NCBI GenBank assembly: GCA_963708135.1 | Contig: OY970192.1 | Coordinates: forward strand, 1,664,001-1,728,000 | Length of the DNA: 64,000 nucleotides | Reading direction: 5' to 3' | Source of the DNA: an uncultured Gemmatimonadales bacterium | GTDB taxonomy: Bacteria > Gemmatimonadota > Gemmatimonadetes > Longimicrobiales > RSA9 | Part shown: piece after piece, positions 48,637 through 57,709 of the stretch | Layout of the letters: every line of letters starts with the position of its first letter | How positions within the stretch are numbered: position 1 is the stretch's first letter | Program-made: the position numbers and the translations under genes | Notes under the pieces: model-generated | What the model saw: only the letters and a program-made list of their open reading frames with translations | The model's database searches: none | What the model was told of the DNA's origin: nothing

Positions 48637-48734
48637 GGTGTCTCGCAGCGGGACACCTGTCCTGTCACGGGGCACGAGGTAGTCAGTATAACTTGTTGTG
48701 TTGCATTGTGTTAGCCGCCGGAACGGTGGTTGCT
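48637..48734 (+). promoter_or_regulatory. Sigma54 promoter with tandem upstream activator sites and AT-rich IHF-like spacer
   Basis: CGGAACGGTGGTTGCT (GG 48720-21, N10, GC 48732-33); near-perfect palindrome GGTGTCTCGC-A-GCGGGACACC at 48637-48657; a second TGTCC..GGGCA at 48658-48674; AT-rich TATAACTTGTTGTGTTG in between. Confidence 0.72.
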
Positions 48735-48779
48735 TCTCAACCGCTCCGCATTCGCGCACACCCCGGCATGGAGCTCCGT

Positions 48780-49397
48780 ATGCGACGACTACTTCCCGCC
48801 CTGATCGCCCTGCTCGCCGCCTGTGAGCCGCTCACCGGGCCGGCCGGGCAGGGGCCGGGCGGATCCCTGGACAACACGACGGGCGGGCCGATCGTGGCGC
48901 CGCTCGACTCGGCCTACGTCCCGCTGGTGCCGGGGGACACGAGCGTCTGGGCGGTGAAGGGCCGCGCCCTGAGCATCGTCCTGCGCTTCCGCGGCACGGC
49001 GCCGGGGACGCAGGGAGACACGCTCGCGGAGCTCGTGCTCTCGGCGGGCTCGCTGCTCCGGCGCCCGGACGGGTCGGCGCTGGCGGACGGGGACTCGGTG
49101 CGGATCACGATCCATCCGGACGCGTCGCTGATGAAGTTCACGTTCGGTCCGTCCGGGCTCGCATTCGATCCGGAGGCGCCGGCAATGATGCACATGTGGT
49201 GCACGCACGCGGCCGCGGACCTGAACGGCGACGGCACGGTGAACTCGACGGACGAGCAGCTCTGGTACCGGATGAAGATCTGGGAGCGGGAGACGGACAC
49301 GGAGCCGTGGTCGTCGCTCACGACGACGCGGTCGCCGGACGGGCTGCGGCTGGAGGCGCCGGTCACGGGCTTCACGTCCTTCTCCGTAGCGAGCTGA
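48780..49397 (+). CDS. Hypothetical lipoprotein with EF-hand/dockerin-like Ca-binding loop
   Basis: MRRLL...LAAC lipobox; DLNGDGTVNSTD; GGAG RBS. Confidence 0.75.
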   Translation: MRRLLPALIALLAACEPLTGPAGQGPGGSLDNTTGGPIVAPLDSAYVPLVPGDTSVWAVKGRALSIVLRFRGTAPGTQGDTLAELVLSAGSLLRRPDGSALADGDSVRITIHPDASLMKFTFGPSGLAFDPEAPAMMHMWCTHAAADLNGDGTVNSTDEQLWYRMKIWERETDTEPWSSLTTTRSPDGLRLEAPVTGFTSFSVAS

Positions 49398-49407
49398 GCG
49401 GACGGCC

Positions 49408-50418
49408 GTGGCCGACCACGCCTCCTCCGCCACCCTCCTGGAGCGGGCACGCGCGCTCCAGGCGGAGCGGGACTTTCCCGCGCTCGCGGCGCTGCTCGCT
49501 CCGATCGAGCGGGAGACGCTGCGCGCCGAGCCGGAGCTCGGGCTGCTGCTGGCGGAGGCGTGGCGGCGGGGGGGCGAGCGTGACGCGGCGCTCGCGCTGG
49601 TGCGGGAGCTCGAGCCGCTGTGCCGGTGGCGTGGCAACGACCGCCTCTACCGCGGGCGCGCGAACCTCGAGGGGATCCTGCTGTTCGAGCGCGGGGATGT
49701 GGCGGGCGCGGAGGCGCAGTGGTGTCACCTGGTGGATGCCGCCGCCGAGGGCGGCGACGACGAGTTCTCCGCGCGCGCCAACCAGAACCTCGGGATCATC
49801 TACACCCTGACGGACCGGCGCGAGCAGGCGCTCGCCAGCCAGGAGCGGGCGATCATCGCCTACCAGCGCCTCGGCCATCTGCGCGGGCTCGCCCAGGCAC
49901 ACAACAACCTGGCCATCAGCTACCGCGAGATCGGCTTCTGGCCGGAGGCCGACCAGGCCTTCCGCCAGGCGCGCGGCTACGCCCGCGCGGACGGCAGCGA
50001 GGACGAGCTCGGCCGCATCGAGCTCGAGTCCTCGCTGCTCGCCGCCATGCGTGGGGACGGCGAGCTCGGCGCGGTCACGGCCGAGCGCGCCCTGGGCCGC
50101 TTCCGGCGGCTGAGGGAGCCGGCGGGCGTGGCGGAGGCGCTGCGGGTGCTGGGCGTCGTCGCCTTGTGGGGTGGCCGGCCCGACGAGGCGGCCAGCCGGC
50201 TCGGAGAAGCCCTCGAGGCCGCGCGCCGCCTGCACCTCCGGCTGCTGGAGGCGGAGACCCTCGAGGCGCTGGCCGCCCTCGCCGCGCAGCGCGACGGGGA
50301 AGCGGAGGCCGCCCGCCTGCGCGCGCAGGCGGAGGCGCTGTTCGCCGAGCTCGGCGCCGTCCAGTGGGGGGTCAGGATCCGGGCGCAGCTCAACGAGCAC
50401 ATGAACGCCGAGCGCTGA
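49408..50418 (+). CDS. Tetratricopeptide repeat protein
   Basis: ARANQNLGIIY, AQAHNNLAISY, AEALRVLG repeats. Confidence 0.85.
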   Translation: MADHASSATLLERARALQAERDFPALAALLAPIERETLRAEPELGLLLAEAWRRGGERDAALALVRELEPLCRWRGNDRLYRGRANLEGILLFERGDVAGAEAQWCHLVDAAAEGGDDEFSARANQNLGIIYTLTDRREQALASQERAIIAYQRLGHLRGLAQAHNNLAISYREIGFWPEADQAFRQARGYARADGSEDELGRIELESSLLAAMRGDGELGAVTAERALGRFRRLREPAGVAEALRVLGVVALWGGRPDEAASRLGEALEAARRLHLRLLEAETLEALAALAAQRDGEAEAARLRAQAEALFAELGAVQWGVRIRAQLNEHMNAER

Positions 50419-50419
50419 C

Positions 50420-51088
50420 ATGCCGGACGCGACGAACGAGTCACTCAGCGGAAGGGATGCGGAACCGATGACACCGCCAGTGGGCATGATCGAAGCGGAG
50501 CCCGAGCTCTCCAGGGCGGGCTTCGAGGAGGAGGCGCTTCCCTGCCTGGATGCCGTCTACCGTTTCTCGCTCCGCCTCACCGGCGGCAACGAGGACGAGG
50601 CGGAGGATCTCGTGCAGGAGACGTTCCTGCGGGCGTACCGCGCGTGGAGCACCTACTCGCGCGGGACGAAGGTGCTCTCGTGGCTCTTTACGATCTGCCG
50701 CCACGTGGCCGTGCGCCGGAGCGAGCGGCGCGGCTACCAGTCCGAGCGCACCACGTCCGAGCTGGGCCTCGACGGCATCGAGGCGCTCAGCGCGCTCGGC
50801 CCCGTCTCCCCGTGGGACGCGGCCAACGCGATCTTCGATGGGATGGTCGATGTCGAGGTGATGCGGGCGATCGACGAGCTGCCGCCCGAGTACCGGGCGG
50901 CCGTCGTGCTGAGCGATCTGCACGACCTCCGCTACCACGAGATCGCCGAGGTGCTCGGCGTCCCGACGGGCACCGTGAAGAGCCGCATCCACCGCGGCCG
51001 CAGGCTGCTCCAGCGCAAGCTCTACGACTTCGCCGTCGAGCAGGGCTACGTCGACCTGCGGAAGGGCGTGGAGAGGCGGGCGAGCTGA
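50420..51088 (+). CDS. ECF RNA polymerase sigma factor (SigH/SigR-like)
   Basis: AEDLVQETFLRAY, SWLFTI, LPPEYR..VVL..YHEIAEVLGVPTGTVKSRIHRGR. Confidence 0.95.
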   Translation: MPDATNESLSGRDAEPMTPPVGMIEAEPELSRAGFEEEALPCLDAVYRFSLRLTGGNEDEAEDLVQETFLRAYRAWSTYSRGTKVLSWLFTICRHVAVRRSERRGYQSERTTSELGLDGIEALSALGPVSPWDAANAIFDGMVDVEVMRAIDELPPEYRAAVVLSDLHDLRYHEIAEVLGVPTGTVKSRIHRGRRLLQRKLYDFAVEQGYVDLRKGVERRAS

Positions 51089-51306
51089 TGCCGGCCCGCC
51101 CCGGCCAGAGGCAGGAGGTGGGTGGGGCTACCTCTTCTCCCCTCTTCCAATGAGGCCGCGCCCGCGATCAATGAGGACGCCCCAGAGGCGGTGAAAGCGG
51201 CCAGGGAGTGAAATTCGGATTGTTGAGATACGGCGCATGCGTTATGGAATCCGGCACGCCGTGGCGCTCCCACTGCACGCCGCGGAACGCGTAGAGCAGC
51301 GAGAAC

Positions 51307-52628
51307 CAGTACTGTCCGGTTAAGCTGAGATGATGATGCCGTAACGGATTGCTACGTGGTGCGTTACGACGTTTTGGTTGCCGCACCGATTTGAACTTCG
51401 CTGCTGCGCCGCTATCCTGCCCGGACCCCCCGGCCGGAGTGGCGCATGAATCCCGGAAGCACGGTTTTCTCACAGGTGATGGCCCACGCATCTCGCTTCG
51501 CGCTCGATCGGTGCATCCGCCGCTACCACGGCAACCGGAGGGTCCGACGTTTCTCGTGTCGGGACCAGTTCCTCGCCATGGCCTTTGCCCAGCTCACCTA
51601 CCGGGAGAGCCTGCGGGACCTCGAGGCCATCCTCGGGGCGGCCCCCGAGAAGCTGTACCATCTTGGCTTCCGTTCGCCGCTCTCTCGCAGCACGCTCGCC
51701 GATGCGAACGAGAATCGCGACTGGCGCATCTACGCCGATTTCGCTCAACGCCTGATCGCAGACGCGCGTCGGCTCTACGCCGACGACACGTTGGGGATCG
51801 AGCTCACGAACACCGTCTACGCGCTGGATTCCACCACGATCGACCTGTGTTTGTCGCTGTTCCCCTGGGCCTCGTTTCGTACGAGCAAAGGCGGCGTGAA
51901 GCTGCATACACTGCTCGACTTGGCAGGCAGGATCCCCGCCTACGCCTGGATCACGGACGCGAGCACCCACGATGTGCGCATCCTCGATGCGCTCATCCCG
52001 GAGCCCGGATCGATCTACGTCCTGGACCGCGGCTACGTCGACTTCGCCCGGCTCTACCGACTCGATCAGCACCGGGCCACCTTCGTCGTTCGCGCCAAGG
52101 CAAACCTCAAGTTCAACCGGCTCTCCTCAGGACCCGTCGATCGCACCACCGGCGTCTTCTGTGATCAGATCATCCGCCTTGCGCTGCCCCCGTCTGCCAG
52201 GGCCTATCCCGACCGGCTTCGCCGCGTGCGTTTCAAGGACGCAGGGTCCGGGCAGGACCTCGTCCTTCTGACCAACAACGTCGCGCTGCCCGCCGTTACC
52301 GTGGCCGAGCTCTACCGCCTGCGGTGGCAGATCGAGCTCTTCTTCAAATGGATCAAGCAGCACCTCAGGATCAAGCGCTTCTTCGGCACGAGCGCGAACG
52401 CTGTGCGCACGCAGATCTGGATCGCGATCAGCGTTTACGTCCTCGTCGCGATCGTCCGCAAGCGGCTCCGGATCGAGCGCGAACTCTACACAATTCTACA
52501 GATCCTGAGCGTCTATGCGTTCGAGAAAGCCCCTCTCGCACAAGTACTTACGCGTTCGGCCTACACCCCCGAAGTCCCCTCCGATCGTAACCAGTTGTCG
52601 CTCTTCAACTTATAACCGGACACTACTG
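51307..52628 (+). mobile_element. IS4-family insertion sequence, 1322 bp, complete
   Basis: Terminal IRs CAGTACTGTCCGGTTA / CAGTAGTGTCCGGTTA (reverse complement); 9-bp direct repeat AGCGAGAAC at 51298-51306 and 52629-52637. Confidence 0.95.
51446..52615 (+). CDS. IS4 family DDE transposase (DUF4372-type N-terminus)
   Basis: QLTYRESLRD, ALDSTT, KLH, DRGY, YREK-type motif Y..RWQIELFFKWIKQHL. Confidence 0.96.
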   Translation: MNPGSTVFSQVMAHASRFALDRCIRRYHGNRRVRRFSCRDQFLAMAFAQLTYRESLRDLEAILGAAPEKLYHLGFRSPLSRSTLADANENRDWRIYADFAQRLIADARRLYADDTLGIELTNTVYALDSTTIDLCLSLFPWASFRTSKGGVKLHTLLDLAGRIPAYAWITDASTHDVRILDALIPEPGSIYVLDRGYVDFARLYRLDQHRATFVVRAKANLKFNRLSSGPVDRTTGVFCDQIIRLALPPSARAYPDRLRRVRFKDAGSGQDLVLLTNNVALPAVTVAELYRLRWQIELFFKWIKQHLRIKRFFGTSANAVRTQIWIAISVYVLVAIVRKRLRIERELYTILQILSVYAFEKAPLAQVLTRSAYTPEVPSDRNQLSLFNL

Positions 52629-52950
52629 AGCGAGAACATCTCAGCCATGACCGAGTCATTCGGAACCGAGACCACGGAAGCCCGGGCATCGGGTGCAGCG
52701 AGCGCGCGGTAAACGTCGACATGGTCCGGGTACTCTTCCTCCGCCCTCTCGATGATCTGGCGCATGAGCTGGTGCTCGCGATTCGCCAGGGATTCGGCCG
52801 AGTAGGCCCGGACCTCTGCCCTGCGGTCCCGGATCGTGTAGTCACGTGTTCCGGTTGAGTTTGCCGTCAGCGAACCGACGTCCGAGCACGCGGCGATCGT
52901 CAACGCCACAGACGCACAGGCAATCAGTGGCCTAACCATGTTTTGCCTCC

Positions 52951-53490
52951 TCACGAAGACTTGAAGCGCGATTCGCACACACCTACATGAGGTCCGCCCG
53001 GGGGCACTGCCTCAGGCCAGGTGTAAAAGCGCTTGACCCACAGCACCTTGCTGCGCGCGCGACCCACGCCCGCCAAGGCGCGTTCGGGACTCTTCTGGAG
53101 CTCCAGAAATACATCCCGCGTATGCTGTGCCTGCCTATCGCCCCAAAGAGGGATCGGGACACCGGTGTGCGGTCCTACGCGAAGCGTCTCGTCCCGCTTC
53201 GGACACGCCGTCTCCGCACGGTGTACCGCATGGAGGGTGAAGAGCGCCTCCGTCAGTAGTTCCGGCGAGGCTGCGCTTGCTCGCATCAGAATATAGTCGT
53301 TCGGCGGACCCTTCGCCCGGCGCTGAATAACCGCATCCGTTCCCGGGTATGGCAGCGAATCGACGACTGCCGCCACGATCGGGATAAATCCTCTGCGGTA
53401 TCGGACGCTGTCCGCCGCCGACTGCGCGCAAAGGGGAACCGCACCTGCCGCCGCGAAACTCGCAATCATTGCCCAATGTCGCATTTTCAT
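52951..53490 (-). CDS. Hypothetical secreted protein
   Basis: Signal peptide ending LCAQ, GAGG RBS, lower-GC sequence; no family recognised. Confidence 0.6.
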   Translation of the reverse strand: MKMRHWAMIASFAAAGAVPLCAQSAADSVRYRRGFIPIVAAVVDSLPYPGTDAVIQRRAKGPPNDYILMRASAASPELLTEALFTLHAVHRAETACPKRDETLRVGPHTGVPIPLWGDRQAQHTRDVFLELQKSPERALAGVGRARSKVLWVKRFYTWPEAVPPGGPHVGVCESRFKSS

Positions 53491-53531
53491 TTTCTGCCTC
53501 GATGTCGGCGCGGATATCGGATTCCCGCATT

Positions 53532-54061
53532 CTACTGGCATACAAGTGCGCTACCAGACCACAGAGTATACCAGGTCCCGGTTGCCTCGTCATACGCTTC
53601 GAGCGTCACTTCTTCGGTCGTGCAGGTCATGCTGCCGCTGCCCCCATCGCCGCTGCCGCTGCCCCCCGAACAGTCCTCGAAATATTGTAGCTGGGCGCAA
53701 TCGCCCTCCGGCGCAACTGCGGCCTCTTCACCGGCGAGAAACTGTACGCCTACGAGCGTTGTCGGCATGCCAGGGCTATATTGCAATGGGCCTGGTAGTA
53801 TACGTCAAAATAGCGAAACCACTGATTTGCATACAGTTCGAAATTGTCACTTTCTGGCGACAGGAACTTCGCGTCGTATGGTCCGACAGGTGCTTGTATC
53901 TGGTGGGTCGGCTGGAGCGACAGGACAACGCTGTTGACATAATCTGGCTTGTGTTCTAGGAGGACCACGCCACCGTACGTGGCGGGGCAGGTTGCCGAAG
54001 CGGCGGAGGTCATAACGGTGGTCGCCACGACGGCAAACGGGAGCCGACGGGATCGGATCAT
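53532..54061 (-). pseudogene. Hypothetical secreted Cys-containing protein, apparently split by a frameshift (ORFs 53750-54061 and 53532-53786)
   Basis: The first ORF has a signal peptide. The overlapping second ORF has a Gly/Ser linker and a C..W..W..C tail and no evident RBS. Confidence 0.45.
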
Positions 54062-54375
54062 GCGAGTCGACCTTGTCAGGAGGATCGGTGGAGGGAGAAC
54101 GCCTCGGAATACCCCGTCTCACCGCCGGTTGTAAGCTGAATAGAAGCGACGGCTTAATGATCGACAGTTCCGTCAACCTGTGAAGTCGATAGTCGAGGCG
54201 CCGCAGGCGCGGGAGGCCACGTTGACATGGGAATGAACGAAGCCCTGCGCCGGAGACAGGGCAGCAGGGGCGGCGCGACGAGCCCACTGACGGGCAGGAT
54301 CCTTGCCCGTAATGGACGCGCTGCCCGCCGACGGTCCCGGGTGCACGAACCCCACGCGAGTTCAGCGTCGCGCCA

Positions 54376-54636
54376 TCAGGTTTTCTCCCGCCGGTGCTCC
54401 TCCGCGAGCGCGTCGAGCACGCGCCGCCGCAGCGTCGCCGGCACGGGCGGCACCTCCCGCCGCCGGCGTAGCGAGGCGACGAACGCCGCGTCAACCTGGT
54501 AGCGCGCCCGGCACGCCGGGCACGCCGCCAGATGCGCGGCCAGCGCCTCCCGCTCATCGGGCGCGAGCTCGCCGTCGATGTACGCCGAGAGCTGGTGCCC
54601 CGCCTCCAGGCACTCCGCCGCACGCTCCTCGATCAT
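54376..54636 (-). CDS. Zinc-binding (zf-HC2) anti-sigma factor
   Basis: C...LSAYIDGEL...HLAACPAC; GGAGG RBS; no TM segment. Confidence 0.88.
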   Translation of the reverse strand: MIEERAAECLEAGHQLSAYIDGELAPDEREALAAHLAACPACRARYQVDAAFVASLRRRREVPPVPATLRRRVLDALAEEHRREKT

Positions 54637-54777
54637 CGTCCTCCAGGGCTCCGGAACCTGCCCTCAGAATAGCGCGTACGGGGCACCCCCGCGAGCACGA
54701 CGATACGCTGTGCCTGGTTCCGGTGCGCGGCTCACGACCCCTTCCGGTGGGCGGCTGCGAATGTTGCCGCCGTGCCG

Positions 54778-56730
54778 TCAGCCTCCGCTGGCCATCCGAT
54801 TCACGACGTCCTCGAGCGCGCGCACGCGCGTGGCATCGCTCGAGGAGGCTGCCTCGGAGCCGAGCTGACCGGCCAGCTTGCTCAGCGCGCTGGCCCGGAC
54901 CGAGCCGCGGGCCTTCTCGGCGCCCGCGAGGCCGCTGCGGATCGCGGAGATCCGCGCGGCGGGCAGTCCGTGGTCGCGTTCGAGCTGGTCGAGGTACGCC
55001 CGCGCCACGGAGAACGCGGCCGGCCACACGAACTTCGGCTGGCTCTGCGGGTTCAGCACATCGAAGTGGACGAGCTTCGCGGCGTCGATCTCGTTCTGGG
55101 TGAGGTCCGGCGTCGGCGTCAGCTCGAACACATCGAGGCCGCGCGCGATCTCGGAGCCGTAGATGTAGCCGTTGTAGTAGTAGCCCGACCAGTAGCCGCC
55201 GAGCACCAGCTTCGAGGCGTCGATCGGGCCACGGTCGAAGTAGGCGATCTCCTTCGGGTGCTCGGGGTCCGTCCAGTCGAAGACGGAGACGCCGCCCTGG
55301 TACCAGCCCTGGACCATGATCGTGCGCCCGGGGACGGGGATCAGCATGCCGTTGTGCGCGACGCAGTTCTCCTGCGGCGTCTGCGCCGCCGGCATCTTGT
55401 AGTAGCCCGCCTGCGTCAGCTGCCCATCCTTCAGCGTGAAGATCGCGTCCGCGCCCCAGTCGATCGGGTCCGTGGCGCGGCACTTGGCCTGCGTGCCGCC
55501 GCCCCACTCGTCCGTGTAGAGCAGCGCCGACGCGTCGTTGTTGAACGTGGCCGAGTGCCAGAACGAGAAGTTCGAGTCGGCCACGGCCTGCAGCCGCACC
55601 GGGTGCACGGGGTCCTTCGTGTTCAGGAGCAGCCCGTACCCCGAGCAGGCGCCGGCGGCCAGGCCGGCGGCCGGATAGACCGTGATGTCGTGGCACTGCG
55701 AGGGGCCGGCGTCGCCGCGGTTCATCCCGAAGCGCGTGGTGACGCCCATCTGCTCGAGGCTGTCGCGCAGCGCGGCCTCGAGCGCGTCGTTGCCGCGGTT
55801 CGTCATGAGCCGGCCCATGAGCCGGGCCACGGTCTCCGAGTCCGCCGCGGTGGCGGTGGCCGGGAGCCCGAGGCGGGGCAGGAAGCGGCGGGCGGCGCGC
55901 GTCGCCGCGCCGTTCGCGGTGTCGGCCGGTGCCGGCCCGTGGCTGGGCGGCGCCGTGAGGTCGTTGAAGATGCGGGGCGAGCTCACGATCTTCGCCTGCT
56001 CGGGGTGGTCCACCGGCACGCGGATGACCTCGATGCGGAAGAGCGCCGTCTTCGGGTCCGTGATGTCGCCGCCCTCGCAGCCGGCCAGCTCGCTCTCGGG
56101 CCGCACGCGCGCCAGCCCCGAGACGTAGACGTAGACCACGTTCGGGTCGGCCGGATCCGGCACCAGCGTGTGCGTGTGCGAGCCGCGGCAGGTCTGCACG
56201 TCCGCCACCTGCTTCGGCGCGTGCGGGTCCGAGATGTCGAAGATGCGGATCCCGAGCATCCGGTCCGTGCTCACGCTGTCCTGAACGCCCTGCATGCCGC
56301 AGTCGAGCCGGCTGCCGGTGTTCTCGGCGGAGACGAAGAGCAGGTTGCGGTAGACGGAGACGTCGCCCTGCTCGGTGAAGCAGGGATAGGCCTCCGCCAG
56401 CCTGGGCGCGGCCGGATCCGTTATGTCCCAGATCTGCAGCCCGCTGAAGTTGCCCTGGTAGGCGTAGTGCCCGCCGAACGCCATGTCGGAGTTCGCGTAG
56501 CGGAGCCCGCCCGGATCGTCCGGATGGAAGATATCCGGCTTGTTCTCGTGCGCGACCAGCTTCAGGCCGCGGGACGCGACGCCCGCGTCGTAGAGCCCCG
56601 CCTTCAGCCCGACGCGCGGATCGTGGGTGTTCGACTGCGCGCCGAGCGGCGCCGCCAGCGCGAGCAGCGAGAGGAGCGACGTCGCCGCCAGCAGGGCGGC
56701 CGGTGCGGCGAAGCGACCGTGTTCTTTCAT
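54778..56730 (-). CDS. LVIVD-repeat secreted protein
   Basis: NSDMAF, QGDVSVY, VQTCRGSHTHT, QCHDITVYP, FWHSATFNND, ENCVAHNG, EIAYFDRGP. Confidence 0.85.
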   Translation of the reverse strand: MKEHGRFAAPAALLAATSLLSLLALAAPLGAQSNTHDPRVGLKAGLYDAGVASRGLKLVAHENKPDIFHPDDPGGLRYANSDMAFGGHYAYQGNFSGLQIWDITDPAAPRLAEAYPCFTEQGDVSVYRNLLFVSAENTGSRLDCGMQGVQDSVSTDRMLGIRIFDISDPHAPKQVADVQTCRGSHTHTLVPDPADPNVVYVYVSGLARVRPESELAGCEGGDITDPKTALFRIEVIRVPVDHPEQAKIVSSPRIFNDLTAPPSHGPAPADTANGAATRAARRFLPRLGLPATATAADSETVARLMGRLMTNRGNDALEAALRDSLEQMGVTTRFGMNRGDAGPSQCHDITVYPAAGLAAGACSGYGLLLNTKDPVHPVRLQAVADSNFSFWHSATFNNDASALLYTDEWGGGTQAKCRATDPIDWGADAIFTLKDGQLTQAGYYKMPAAQTPQENCVAHNGMLIPVPGRTIMVQGWYQGGVSVFDWTDPEHPKEIAYFDRGPIDASKLVLGGYWSGYYYNGYIYGSEIARGLDVFELTPTPDLTQNEIDAAKLVHFDVLNPQSQPKFVWPAAFSVARAYLDQLERDHGLPAARISAIRSGLAGAEKARGSVRASALSKLAGQLGSEAASSSDATRVRALEDVVNRMASGG

Positions 56731-57416
56731 CGTGTCCCGTCCGGGGTGAGTTTGTCGAGCAGCGCCTCCATGCGCGTGATCTGCGCGCGCTGGCCGGCGT
56801 CAATGTCCGTGGCGAAGGTCGAGAGGTCCGCCTGCTGACCGCCGCCCGGCGTGTGGAAGAGGGTCGCCACCATGTCCAGCGCGCCCTGGTGGTGCTTGAT
56901 CATTCCGGTGAGGTAGAGATGGTCGAACTCCTTGCCGCGTGACGCGTCCAGCCGCCGCATCTCGGCCGGGCTCAGCATCCCCGCCATCATCATGGGATGC
57001 GGACCCATGTCCATCCCCGGCATGTGCAGCGGGCTCGTGTCCCGCACCGGCCCCGTCGCCCCCGCGAGCATGTGCAGCGGGTCGGGCGCGGCGAGCCCGC
57101 GTTCCTCGAGCCAGTGCTGCATGAGCGCGATCTCGTCGCGCTGCGAGATCGCGATCCGCTTGCACAGGATGCGGACCGCCGGGCTGGCGTCGTGCGTCGG
57201 CGCCCAGTCCGACATGACGACCGCCTGGGCGTGATGGATGATCATCCCCTGCATGAAGTCGGCGTCGGCCTTCGTGTAGTCGTGCGGCGCGCCGGGCGCG
57301 CCCTGCGCCACCAGCCGGGCCGGCGCCAGGGTGAGCAGCGCGGCGAGTAGCGCGAGCGGAGGAAGCGCGGACGCGAGCCGCGCTGCGGCCCCTCCGGGTT
57401 GGAATCGTATGGACAT
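56727..57416 (-). CDS. DUF305 domain secreted protein
   Basis: ADADFMQGMIIHHAQAV, Q.DEI.LM, MIKHHQGALDM; Met-rich loop; ATGA overlap with the LVIVD gene. Confidence 0.9.
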   Translation of the reverse strand: MSIRFQPGGAAARLASALPPLALLAALLTLAPARLVAQGAPGAPHDYTKADADFMQGMIIHHAQAVVMSDWAPTHDASPAVRILCKRIAISQRDEIALMQHWLEERGLAAPDPLHMLAGATGPVRDTSPLHMPGMDMGPHPMMMAGMLSPAEMRRLDASRGKEFDHLYLTGMIKHHQGALDMVATLFHTPGGGQQADLSTFATDIDAGQRAQITRMEALLDKLTPDGTR

Positions 57417-57709
57417 GGCGTGCCCCACGGCTCTTCTGCGGACGAAGATGGAATTCCTCATGTCGGGGTGCGTGAAGCGCAAATCTACGGAGCGGCCTCG
57501 CCGCCCCGCAACCCGAGGCCGCCACCTCTCCCGGCCGGCCCTTGCCCTGCGACTGCCGCCGGGCGCATCCTCCTCCGCGCCCCGCAAGTCCCTTCTCCGT
57601 CCCGGCTCCCCGGCCCGAGGTGCTCCATGCGACGAACCCGCGTCACACCCTCCATCACGATCCGCGCTCTCCGCGCTCCCCCTGCCCGGCGCGCGCCCGG
57701 GCCGCCGCG

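Larger units (their letters stand above)
51168..52939 (-). pseudogene. Hypothetical lipoprotein gene split by the IS4 element
   Basis: 5' part 52939-52629 (IAAC lipobox, GGAGG RBS) and 3' part 51297-51168 join in frame into a 146-aa ORF once the IS and one target copy are removed. Confidence 0.75.

Noticed and set aside
51250..51270. CGGCACG as a second sigma54 promoter
   Set aside because: No GC at the required N10 spacing, and it lies inside the 3' part of the split gene.
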